Source: Atractiella rhizophila
Taxonomy: Eukaryota
DNA length: 64,000 nucleotides
Assembly (NCBI GenBank): GCA_021432655.1
Contig: MU271187.1
Location: 152,217 to 216,216, forward strand
Direction of reading: 5' to 3'
A program made the translations under genes and the position numbers. Below the pieces are notes generated by a model. The model ran no database searches. It was not told where the DNA came from and saw only the letters and a list, made by a program, of their open reading frames with translations. The first letter of the stretch is position 1, and every line of letters begins with the position of its first letter. Positions 25,696-37,090 of this stretch are shown piece after piece.

Positions 25696-26390
25696 CGTTG
25701 TTCTTTGTAGCGTTTCTCATGCACGCGATGAGGCAAGTTGATGACACCGATAACGTGACTTGTGTCTCAGAAATGCGGCTTCGCAAGACTCCCAAGCAAC
25801 CACCAGCATCGAGAATCTCGGCAGCCTCCTTTTCCGTTGAAAGGGCTTTGAGAAGGCACCAGGGAACGGGACAGCGTCGAGACTCACCGTCCGAGCCGGC
25901 CAAGAACACGGAAATCCCATACCTATGCAGCGTTTCTCTCACAGCCTGTCCCACAATCTTAACGCCTTTTTCTCTAAATCGAGCAGCATCATAATTGAAC
26001 AGTATCCCACTCGTTATTCGCTGAACCAACAGCTATCGAGAAATCAAACTCAGGCGGAGGTTCAGCGGTTCGACGCGTTGGGACCTTCAAAGGACAGACA
26101 AAGACCGGCGCTCCCTTTCTTCTGACACGCACTTGTCCTCCACCTATCTCTCCTTAAAACGCAGGAACGTCGACAGCAGTTAACGGAAGAACCTTGAACG
26201 AGGTTCGATTGGTTTAAATACGGTATGTCCATCTGCTTCTTCCCTTCGGAATGCGACGCTTACTGCACGAACATCCACCGACGCGCTCAGGCTGTCAGTC
26301 TATTCCTAATCAATATCACATACGGTTACGGTGCGGCTCCAGATTTGTGCAGACGCGCAAATTCAAGTTCGAGAAAGAGGAGAACGCAAG

Positions 26391-29135
26391 ATGTCGCGGA
26401 CGTGGAAAGAGATCTTCCAACTCCTCAAATCTCTACGAACGGATAACTTGGATTCCTCTTCTTCCGACACCCCTTTGGCGCGAGATAGGAAAGGAGAGAA
26501 GTTCATCCGCGTCGTCGATCAAGCCGTCGCATTGCAAGAACGGACACGACAGGCGTTGGAGATGCAGAAGAAAGCAACCATCGCACACCTTTCCTTCGAC
26601 CCTCCCTCTCATTTTGATCACGATGAATACGACACCTCCAATGTTCACCTCAATCTAGTGGCTAGGTTCTATGGTGAGAGTGCGAAGAGGTTCAATCGCC
26701 TTACCGTTCAAGTTGCTTATTTACCGGGAACAAGGGAGGACACGACAAGGAAAAAGAGCATTGGGGATTCTGCGAGTTCCTTTCTGCGCGTTCGTCCTCA
26801 CTTTCTCACCCCTCTCCAACTATTCACCGTAGTATGAAGCTGAGACGGTGATGCGTAGCTGATAGATCTTCCGAGGTTGGGACGCCTTACTCATTTCGTA
26901 TCCACAGCCTCGAACTCCTCGACCGGCGCATTTGGAACCACATCGGAAGGATTCCCCCTCCTTGCGCTCACACCTTCCTCCTCCACCCAATCCGTCGTCT
27001 CCGAACACGAAGAGTGCAACCTCTCCCTCATCTTCCACGCTCTCGATTTCGTCGAAATCGTACAGACTCCAAGGGACTTGCGAGCGTTGCTGCACGATTT
27101 TCCGGTCGGGATCGTGCCTCAGAACGCACAACAGACGGCCGGCTATCAGAAGGGGTTCGAGTTCCTCAAATGTTTGAGCGTGGGAGTGAGCGAGAGGGAG
27201 TGTATGAGGAGAGTGGGCAAGATCGCGTTTGAGAGCGCACGGCTGCAGTTCGTGGGTGCTGACGAAGAGGATTGGAATGGGTCTGGTTCGTTCGATACAC
27301 GCTGGCCTGGTGTCAGATTCGTGCACTCTCCAGCTGGGAGTGAGGATTCTAGGAGCTCAAGAGAGTATAGCGGTACCAGCACGGGACGCCAAAGTGTTGC
27401 TTCCTCCTCGTCCAAGAAACTCCCGCCCATCAATACGTCTGTCGCATCCATGGCTTCTCTCAGCTCAGGGACGTTCACCACCTCTCCTCTCTTCCAGACG
27501 ACACGCAAGAAACTGACCCACAAGCCCCCTCTCGAACTCACACTCACGATACACATCCTACCCATGCCCCCGCTCTCCACATGCTCAATCTCCACTCTCC
27601 CTCCCGAACTCCTACATCTCATCTTCGAGCACCTCCTCTTCACAGTCAACGGTCCCTTCCTCCCCTCTTCCTCGCCCACCCTCCCCGAATTGAACTTTGT
27701 AGAATTCGATTGGCGCGACCTCCGTCTCGCCTCCTGGACTTGCCGCCGGTGGTTCTACACCTACAAAACCCTACGACACATCTACATTCCCGCGTCCTCT
27801 TCTCAATCCCTCGAAGACATGGAACGCGGGAGATCACCCGTCAGTCCCATGGAGAGAGTTTGGGAGCGACCGAGACCTACAACCGTAGGACCCCCAGCAC
27901 GACGGAAGAGCCTAGTTCCTTCTCGTCCTTACGGACGGTCGATCGCTGAACTCGTATTGGACGAACATGAGTATCTCCGCGTCGACCCTGACCGTCCACC
28001 AGGCATTGGACATCTTGTCCAGCGATTTTCTGTTGATGCCGTCGGCTCGTTGGAGAGGTTGCATGGGAACAGAGAGGACGAGTATTGGCATATGATACTC
28101 TCGATGCTCGAAGCTTGTCCCAATCTCACCTACCTCGAAATATACCAACATCCCAACGAAAGCTGTTGTTGTCCTTCCTCCGGTGCGTTGTTGGAGAGGA
28201 TGAAGGGATTGAATCAAATCCAGACGTGCACCTTTGGACGAAAGAAGGAGAAGGAGAAGGAGAAGGAGAGGGGAAGAGGAAGAGGAAGAGGAAGAAGAAA
28301 GAGGTGGAGGAAGTGGAAATTTTCGGAAATCGCTCAGTGCATGAATGCCTGGTCCGACCTGCGCGGGCTCAAGTTAGTCGACGTGCAGTTCACAGACGAC
28401 GTCAAGGCCAAAGAGTGCCCTGATCATCAGTGTCGTCTCCACCATCTCGCCCTTATCGACTCCGATCTCAACGGTCCCCAGCTGGAATACTTGCTCAAGA
28501 ACTCAGTTGTTCAACCAACGAGCAACAATGATTCGCTTCACGGCTTTGAAGTCGTAGATTGTCCAAATCTGACCCCATCAGATATTGCCAACGCCTTGCG
28601 ACCAGCAGAATACAATGGGGAGCCCGTCAAGCTTGACTTTGAGACATTCAAGGTCCGACTCTCGCCGTCACAAACAGATGATTCCAACTCCCTGGCTGAC
28701 CTCTCCCCTCCAACGTCACCATTCTGGCAGATCCTCAGCGACAGCTGGTCCTTGCGAATCCTCCACCTCGAAGCCACGGGACTGGAGACGGCAATCGACT
28801 ACATCAAAGCAGAGCAAATCCTTTCCGAGATTCCATCAGCTCTTGATTCCCTCTTCCTCGGTTTCTGTCCCGACCTAACATCCCGCTTCCTCGTGGATAT
28901 GCTCAAGAACGATAATTCGCCGCTAACCTTGCTAGGAGAATTGAACATCAAGACTTGCTTTCGAGAGTGGGAAGAAGGGGATATACTTTATTTGGGACAG
29001 ACGATCCAGGTCGTCAATGCACGGAGGAAGATCCTCGCGTCGAGTACTGCTCTGTCGTTCGATTATCCATCTCTCAGTTTTACGTTCTGGGACGGAGAAG
29101 ACCAGGTTGAACCAACTGACGGTGCTATGTGTTGA
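26391..29135 (+). CDS. F-box/LRR-like protein with long N-terminal extension
   Basis: LPPELLHLIFEHL...DLRLASWTCRRW F-box; RNI-like repeats (LEACPNLTYLEI, LHHLAL, LRILHL); intron ending 26858 joins the 26391 exon in frame. Confidence 0.8.
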
Positions 29136-29633
29136 AAGGCGGTTTCGCCCCCTTTCAATCACCAACTACATACTGTTAGGTTGTATTAAGTCTCATCTTG
29201 TAAACATGTTATTTCGACTTTCAACCTTTGTATTATTGGTAATTTGAACATGTGCAAGTGTCGAGTACCACGAAATAGATGAGGATTAACGGAATTGTAT
29301 TTGCCTGCTTTACTTTGGTACATTTGAACGTTAAACCATCCTAACCATCCATGACGACGCCGATAGAGAGAGACGATTGAAAGAACCGAGATGAAGGAGA
29401 AGGGAAAAGGAATGAACAGAAGAAATTAAATGGATGCCATGTGATGATGGGACGAAACGAACGATTGGACGATGTCGATGAACGCTTGTATTCTCCCAAC
29501 TAAGTTTTGTTGTTGAAAATGAACAGAAACCAGGACGACTCTAGCTATTCACAACCTTACCCTACCCACAAAACATAAACTCCACAAATACCCAACCACT
29601 CAGAACCCTCCAAACCGATACCAGTTTCCTTTT

Positions 29634-31592
29634 TTAACTCCTCTTGATGACCGTCACATAACCACCTTGGTAGTTCGGATCGTCGTCCTCGTCGTCGTAA
29701 AGTGAAGAATATCGAGAATTTCCATATTTGTTCCGCGACGTGCCATTGTTGTTTGCAGAACTAGAAAGGGCGGAGAGCTGAGAGTGGAGTTGGGGTTCAA
29801 AGTCGTTATCGTCAGCGTAGGCATCGATAGGAAAAGATTCTCGTCTTTCTCTCAACACCGATTCTGTGCTCGCATGGAGGTCATCCAAATCTAGTCATCC
29901 GTCCAGTTCAGCCAAAACCCGTTTATGAAATTTGAGAATCTTTACCTTCAACCACATCCTCGGGCACCAGCGAGCTTGGTTGACTCGAAAAGTCCAAGTC
30001 CCTCCTAGAGGTGCTCTTCAGAATGCCAGCGCCGACAGAGTCTGTTCTAAGGTCCTCATTGTCAAAGGAGTCCTTAGGGACATCCGGCATCTTTCTTCTC
30101 TCATACCCAGCATTCAGAGAGCTCCTCGAGGTGTTCGAAGAGTTGGACATCTCCCTCTCTCTCGACCGCGGAGCCATAGTCGAGGAGGTTGGGGTGAGAG
30201 GAGACATTTTAGGGGAACGAGGGATAGAGGGCGAGTTGTTGGAGTTAGAATTGGTGCTGTTCGAACGTTGAGGTGCAGGTGCGCAAATGTGGTCGGAGAG
30301 CAAGAGCAGATCGACGTCCACTCCACAATCAGAGCACTTCACTTTCGGCATTCCACCCATTCCCATCCCTCCTTCCTCCTCCAACGGCTTTTCCGATTTC
30401 TGCAGAGGCGTCGGGTGTTCCTCTCCACCCGTCAAATCGTCCAATATATCGTCATAATAACCACCTCCATAATCACTCCCATCGCTTTCCTGCTTCCCAC
30501 TCCCATGCTCCTCTCCAACCGAAATATTCGGCACCTCCGCATTCACCCTCGCAGGAGCGGTAGTAGTCGCAGCGGGAGGTTCGGGAGTGGGAGGGCTCTT
30601 GACCGCATCCTCCATCTCCGCCTCATACGCTTCCAGCTCCTTCCTCGTCAACTCCGCCTTGAACAGCTCCGCATCCTCCTCATTCTCCCCTCCAGCTTTC
30701 ACCGCTCCTCCCGTCGGCGTGCTCGGCATATTCAGAGGGGTGAAATCTCCATCCCTTGGACCGCGTTCGGACGAGACCGAACCCGTCTCGACGTTCATGG
30801 ACGATACGCTCCCCATCGGTGTCCTCCGACCGGAGACAGAAGAGTTGGGTGTGAGTGCGCCGGACGGGTGGGAGTTTGCAAAGTTAGAGGTGGCGGAGAA
30901 AAGGGAGACCGGAGACTTTGTCGCATTCGAGAGGTCATCGTCGAGGCTATCGCTTCTGGTCGATCCAGGTTTCGATGGTGATCGAGGAGCGGGTGCCGGA
31001 CTCCTATCCCTCTCCCTCAACTCTCCACCCTTCCTGATCCCCACGCTCTCTCTAGGACCGGCCGTTCCACTCACGCTCCGTTGTCCCACTGCAGGGACGT
31101 AGTGATGTGATGATCCGGCACCGAGGGATGCGATTCGATTCCTGTCGGCGCCAGCACCATGCATCCCTCGTCCTAATCCACCAGGAATGATTTTCGATGC
31201 TGGAGCTCCCATTCCAAAACTGCCTTTTGGGACTAACGGAGCCTCGGACCCATCGTTTGCGAACTTCTTCAGACGTCTATTTCAGACGCAACGTGGCGCA
31301 CCCAACCAAAATCATACCAATACCAATAAGAGATGGTTCAGGTTACCCAAATGAGCGAGGAGAAGACGTACTCTTTGATTGGTGCGCTGCTCGATGGCAC
31401 TGCATGCGTCAACGGTTGTGGCGCGGGTTTGGCGGTTGATTGAGAAGCAGCCTCTTTGGACTTGTCGAGGTTGAGTCTGGCGATGCGCTCGGAGAGGGTG
31501 GTGTTATTTGGGGGGATGGCGCGTTTGGCGGATGGAGAGGACGATGAGGAGCCAGACTCCGACCTGTGTGCACGACCGATTTCAGCGTGCAT
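29634..31592 (-). CDS. Hypothetical S/P-rich protein with a CxxC..HxC zinc-knuckle-like motif
   Basis: Collinear minus frames; KCSDCGVDVDLLLLSDHIC; 5' end uncertain. Confidence 0.65.
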
Positions 31593-32117
31593 TCTCGAGG
31601 AAAGAGTGGGGATAGGAGGATATAGGTTTACATGTTGATTTGTTGGTTATATGTGTTAGTTGGGAGATTCCAACGATTGGTTCAATTGCTAGCCGCCTGT
31701 AGCCTAACGATCTCAGCCACCGCACACTCTTTACAGCCCGATGGACGCTCACAATATATATATCAAAGGATATGGGTAGCCTATGCCTCGCTATAGCACT
31801 GTGCCTTGGACAGTTTTGCAGAGAACTGACTGAGAATTTTGGTAAAGGGAACAGCGAAGTCGAATTTGATCTGAAACGCACAACCACACGTCGCAGCCGC
31901 TTTTCCGCCCTCCGCAGGTCTGCACTGAGAACCAGTCTGAAAGAAGACATCCATCAGTGACCCACCAGAGCGATACATCTACTTCGATTCCTCTCTGCTT
32001 CTTGCATTGCTTTACGCTTAGCGAAACGATTCGATCTTTGCAGAATCTCAGCGAGAAAGAAGGATTTGGAGCTGCATTCAGGACTCGCGTGACTTATATA
32101 TTCATTTATCATTTACC

Positions 32118-32801
32118 ATGAGTGCGTCCTTCCTTCCAGCTGTTCCTGGGCACGCGAATGGAGAAGAGAGCAAAAGCAACATTGATTGATTCTGTCCTAA
32201 AGGCGGCATCTCACTCTGGCTCTCCCCACCATCACCCTCTCCTCTTCCCAACCTCCTCTCCCATCTCTCAACGACCTACAACACGCCTTCTTTCTCTCCC
32301 CATCTAACTCTCCTCAGCGACCAACTCGTCCCTTCCGGTTACTCCACCCCCGACTTGTTGGCGGCCATCCAAAGGGCTGTGCGGAAATGGCACGATGAAG
32401 GGAAGGATGCATGCGAGATCAAGTTCGAAGAGGTCATTCAAGGGGACAAATTCTATCAATGCGTCTTCATCAAATGTGCCGAGACCTCATCCCTCGTCTC
32501 CCTCCACTTGGCACTGCGGAAAGAGTTTTCTCTCCCTGCCCCAACCAAGGAAGCGCCGTACTTCCCACACCTCTCCCTCGTGTATGGCGATTTAGAGAGG
32601 GAGAAGAAGAGCGAGATCATCAAGAAGATGGAGCAGGATGGAGAGGTGAAGGGCGAGGAAGTGGTCGGCGTGAAAGAGTTTAGACCCAGTGAGATCCTCG
32701 TGATGAGGACAAAGGGACCACCGAAGGAGTGGGAGTTTATCGGACGCGTTGATCTGGGCTCGGGCGGTGGAGGAGTGGATGGATTGGAGGCAAAGATTTG
32801 A
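32118..32801 (+). CDS. 2',3'-cyclic-nucleotide 3'-phosphodiesterase (2H phosphoesterase, Cpd1-like)
   Basis: ATG A|intron|GC; SLWL, two HxT/S motifs FSPHLTL and YFPHLSLVYG. Confidence 0.88.
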
Positions 32802-33140
32802 CTAGGAAAGGGAAGGGAGGGAATGGCTAACGATCTATTGTTGTGGTGGTTATGGTTTGCACTTGTGGCGATAGGTTTCGGTGCGCTGGTTCTGTTCTCT
32901 CTATTCTTCTGAGTTTGAGGTCATCCATCAAGAAAGGATTGTTGTGTGTGTCCGTCTGCATGAAAGACTTTGTTTCCTTATTCGAATATTCAAAGAATGA
33001 TATGATAAATATAAACAAGCAATCATACATACGTACATCCAACTCCTTGATCGATCGCTTCCATCATCTCTCCCACTAACGCATCGAAAGCGTCCAGCGC
33101 TTTTTCATAACATGCCAAAGTATTGATCCTATTCTGCACA

Positions 33141-34043
33141 TCAAACAATCCTTCCATAATCGACGCCGGATCCTCCCAATCTATGGCTGTCGGCGGTCGA
33201 TACTTCCTCCTCATCCTCATTCCTGATGTACGTTGCCGCAGCTGCGACGCGCGATAGAGAAGATGGACGAATTTCTTGAACTTTTCCATTTCTTCTTCCT
33301 TCTTCTCTGCCTTCCAATCTCCTCCTCCCTCCTTTTAGTTTCCTCCAAGCTGTCCTTGTCATCAAAGAGGGGTCACCCATCCATCCCTCCTCCTCGAGCC
33401 CCTCCTCAGTCATCATGGACTCCCTCTTCGACCCATCCAATCTTCTCCCCCTTTCTCTATCCCTCTCTTTTCTCAATCTCTTCACCCCACACACAACGCG
33501 CTCAAGCAGCTCCGACTCCTCCTCATCGCCGTGACCTTTAGCCTCAGAAGGCGAAGGAGAACCAGAGCGAGACGTCGAAGCAACGGTTGAAGCGTAATTC
33601 GTGGACCAAAAACCACCATCTTCCTTCCTTCCGACCATCCACCAGGGATCGTAGGAATAAGAGTGCGTCGGACCGGGACAGTCGTGTGCGTGTGACCCTG
33701 CATCAACTGAGCGAAAGGAGCGATCGTCCTTCGCCTGCGAGTTCGAGAACGGACGCTTTCCGGGTCCAGGACGCGAGGAGGAAGATTTGGGTCGGTTGCG
33801 AAAGGAGCTCGATCGGGATTGGGTCTGGCCGCTCTGGGCGGTGTGGAAGGATTCGTTGGAGGAGGAGGAGGAGGAAGAGGTTCGATTCGAATTCGGGTTC
33901 GGATTGGGCGTGTGAAGGCTTGACTGCCATTGTGCGCTCGGAGAGGGCGAGCGAGGGGGCGATGTTGACGTTTGGAGAGATGAGGAGGAAGAGCTGGCTA
34001 CTTGGCTGATGAAGAAAACTGCATTGAATGGGCTCTGTGGCAC
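33141..34043 (-). CDS. Hypothetical low-complexity protein
   Basis: 300-codon S/R/E-rich open frame; start not ATG-defined. Confidence 0.45.
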   Translation of the reverse strand: MPQSPFNAVFFISQVASSSSSSLQTSTSPPRSPSPSAQWQSSLHTPNPNPNSNRTSSSSSSSNESFHTAQSGQTQSRSSSFRNRPKSSSSRPGPGKRPFSNSQAKDDRSFRSVDAGSHAHDCPGPTHSYSYDPWWMVGRKEDGGFWSTNYASTVASTSRSGSPSPSEAKGHGDEEESELLERVVCGVKRLRKERDRERGRRLDGSKRESMMTEEGLEEEGWMGDPSLMTRTAWRKLKGGRRRLEGREEGRRNGKVQEIRPSSLSRVAAAATYIRNEDEEEVSTADSHRLGGSGVDYGRIV

Positions 34044-34604
34044 AGTTCACCACAGTTTGCTTCGTGTTCTGGAGAAGAGCAGGAAATGATGCGCACCGGT
34101 GCTTGCCAGGTTAGATACATTTCGATTACCTTTTTGCGACACGACAGGAGTCAGTCACTCTCCGACTTTCAGGTAGTTGACGACATTGGAGCAAGTCCCG
34201 GAGAGGGAGCTTTATACCTTCCCTTTCAATTCGACACTTCGGAAAAGGCAACATGGGTGCTTTGTTCATAGTGGCGACAATGATCCTTGTGCTATCACTA
34301 GCTAACAAAGCGTCAACATGTGAGTACGTGCGTTTCGAACACTTGAGACAAGGGATAAAGCGAGCATGCATCGCATCTGATACAGCATCATGAAGGTGGT
34401 GGTACAAAGTACATGTATTGAACAAAGAAACGGCTCAAGTCGAGTCAAAGGTCCCACTGCACGTACGCCAAGCACGCGTATGTTTGAAACCTCCTGTTTT
34501 ATTGCCTTGAGAAAGGTGGACCAAAATAGTAGCTGGTGTTGCAACTGGCCTTGTACTGACTTACTGTGAGCTTTCTCTCTCTCACCACATAAATCTGATG
34601 AACC

Positions 34605-36647
34605 ATGTATCTAGAGGCGAGCTTAATGGCAGACCCGCCACAACTTTCCATTTCTGAGCCAGATGCAGCTCCGAATGAGCCAACCAATGCAGTAAAGATT
34701 GGAAGGGCCATGGCTGGATTCTGGACCGTCAAGTTAGGTTCACAGGAGACTCTGCTCGAATACTTTTCTCGCGTCTCACGATTGCGCGATCACCTTCAGT
34801 CCCAATGGCACAAAATTGAAATCTCAGATACCATGTTGGCCCTGGCTATTTTACGCGGGTTGCCTCGTTATTGGGATCCCATTGTAGGCAAAATTCCAAT
34901 CCATGGTCACAGCGATGAATTTGAGGATCCCATCACCCTTGATTTCGTGCGAGATTTATTTACTCCAGATATATCTGAACCAGGATCTTTGTCTCTTCTG
35001 AAGGACAAACCTTCAGTCGATGATAATTTTTTCCCACTCACTCCTTTATCTCGAGATTTACCTCTACCAAATGAACTTCTCATTACAATACTTCAAATAA
35101 TTTTTTCGACAACGAAAATTTTCGAACACGTTTACATCAAGCTTGTCTGTCGACGATGGCGGAACATCAGCCTGAAGTATGGCCACCGAACGATGAGCTT
35201 CGATGGAGAAGCGGGCAGTTGGAGGTACATCCTCTATAATCAATCTCTCTCCGAAATACCCGCACGGAGTGCCTTGCTTCTACGATTCCATATATTCGAT
35301 GCCCCTTATGCTGTATACCCATACGTATACGCGATAATCAACAAGCTGAGACAGCTCCGAACATTCTTTATGGCATGGGGAGATGACGCCTACCCTCCTG
35401 AACCATTCGAACAGTTTTCCTTCCCAGCTTCCCTGCAGGAATTGACTTTAAAGAGTTTAGTTGTGTCCGTCGTACATCCAGTGCCACAAGAAAAAGATAA
35501 TTTTACCAAGAAAACCGCCAATAAGCTGGAAGCTTTATTATCCAGCTTGGGGCGATGCACCAATCTTCGAGGTTTGTGCCTCGCCCTTCCTTTCCTCTGC
35601 CTCCCAAAAAACCTCTGCCTCCCTAACCTACGGTCGTTCGTAATCCTTGACGCCCCAATGGAGCTGGAGATGAACAGATTGCTTGTCTCCCTCGATAGCA
35701 ATCGCCACAATCTCAGAGTACTTGATGTGGAATTCGCTGTTCAGACCCCTGGTTTAGACACGTCGCTGCTCTTCACCTTTTTCAGCCTTAGCAGCAACAG
35801 CTTGGTACATTTGAGTATCCAAGTCCTTTCAGAATCTCACCATCATGTTCTCTTCCAGGCTAGAACAGATTCTGAGGAGATATCGACATTGTCGCTTCCA
35901 GCGCTTCCAAACCTCCAGTTTTTGAAGCTCCACCTCGACCTCAACATATCCAGTTCCTTCTCCCTCGACAGTATGTTTCCACTGTTGGCCCAAAGTATCC
36001 ATCTTACCGAAATTTGTTTGAGCGGGAGAGCACTATTGACTCATCGAAGCTCATTACGGTTTTTGGAACGATTAGACTTGGGATTCATAGCCGTCCCCCC
36101 AATGACAGGAAGCATCTTGCCCTCCCTTTCCTCCAGCAAAGAATTTTGCTACCACTTCCAATCCACCCTCCGATACCTTGCTCTTCCGCATTGGACGACA
36201 ATAGATGACGACATCAGTGCCACCATGGAGTTCATCCATCTGTTCAAGCAATTGATGACACTCGTCATCACCCTTCTCGAGGACGAAACCTATACCCTTT
36301 TGCCTTCCTGCTCTAGTTTAAAAGCGCAGAGATCTCCCGTTGACACCTTATCCAGCTCTTTTCCATTTGCACCGGGTTTTGTCTACTTCGATAACCTCCG
36401 ATACCTCAAATTGCCATATAGGCAGCACCTTGCGCCAATATTCACAACGACAACTTGGAAACAACATCTGCCTAAGGTACAGGGTGTTTGGATGACAGCA
36501 TCCTGGAACGATTATCAGCATTTCGTGAAAAACACAAAAACGTCCTTAGAAGAACGACTGAAACTGGAAGGAATCGAATTTGCCTGGAACAGCTTTGGAA
36601 GCGAAGAAATCCGATATGGATGGCAGCGAAGGTTCTTTAGGAACTGA
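34605..36647 (+). CDS. Gag(UBN2)-like / F-box / LRR protein, copy 1
   Basis: Intronless 680 aa; ETLLEYFSRVSRLRDHL...ISDTMLALAILRGLPRYWDPIV (copia Gag-like); LPNELLITIL...LVCRRWRNI (F-box); LxxLxL repeats. Confidence 0.85.
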   Translation: MYLEASLMADPPQLSISEPDAAPNEPTNAVKIGRAMAGFWTVKLGSQETLLEYFSRVSRLRDHLQSQWHKIEISDTMLALAILRGLPRYWDPIVGKIPIHGHSDEFEDPITLDFVRDLFTPDISEPGSLSLLKDKPSVDDNFFPLTPLSRDLPLPNELLITILQIIFSTTKIFEHVYIKLVCRRWRNISLKYGHRTMSFDGEAGSWRYILYNQSLSEIPARSALLLRFHIFDAPYAVYPYVYAIINKLRQLRTFFMAWGDDAYPPEPFEQFSFPASLQELTLKSLVVSVVHPVPQEKDNFTKKTANKLEALLSSLGRCTNLRGLCLALPFLCLPKNLCLPNLRSFVILDAPMELEMNRLLVSLDSNRHNLRVLDVEFAVQTPGLDTSLLFTFFSLSSNSLVHLSIQVLSESHHHVLFQARTDSEEISTLSLPALPNLQFLKLHLDLNISSSFSLDSMFPLLAQSIHLTEICLSGRALLTHRSSLRFLERLDLGFIAVPPMTGSILPSLSSSKEFCYHFQSTLRYLALPHWTTIDDDISATMEFIHLFKQLMTLVITLLEDETYTLLPSCSSLKAQRSPVDTLSSSFPFAPGFVYFDNLRYLKLPYRQHLAPIFTTTTWKQHLPKVQGVWMTASWNDYQHFVKNTKTSLEERLKLEGIEFAWNSFGSEEIRYGWQRRFFRN

Positions 36648-37090
36648 ACTTTCTGACGAGGCTCCAGAACATTAATCTAAGCCATGTTACGAAATTCTGC
36701 TGCTTGTTGATTCAATTCGACACTTCGGAAAAGGCAACATGGGTGCTTTGTTCATAGTGGCGACAATGATCCTTGTGCTATCACTAGCTAACAAAGCGTC
36801 AACATGTGAGTACGTGCGTTTCGAACACTTGAGACAAGGGATAAAGCGAGCATGCATCGCATCTGATACAGCATCATGAAGGTGCTGGTACAAAGTACAT
36901 GTATTGAACAAAGAAACGGCTCCAGTCGAGTCAAAGGTCCCAGTGCACGTACGCCAAGCGCACGTATGTTTGAAACCTTCTGTTTTTTTGCCTTGAGAAA
37001 GGTGGATCAAAATAGTCGCTGGTGTTGCAACTGCCCTTGTACTGACTTACTGTGAGCTTTCTCTCTCTCGCCACATAAATCTGATGAACC

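Noticed and set aside
28240..28310. Purine microsatellite (GGAGAA/GGAAGA)n
   Set aside because: In-frame low-complexity KE/RG tract within the F-box gene
29932..30981. 349-aa plus-strand ORF
   Set aside because: Antisense shadow of the minus-strand gene
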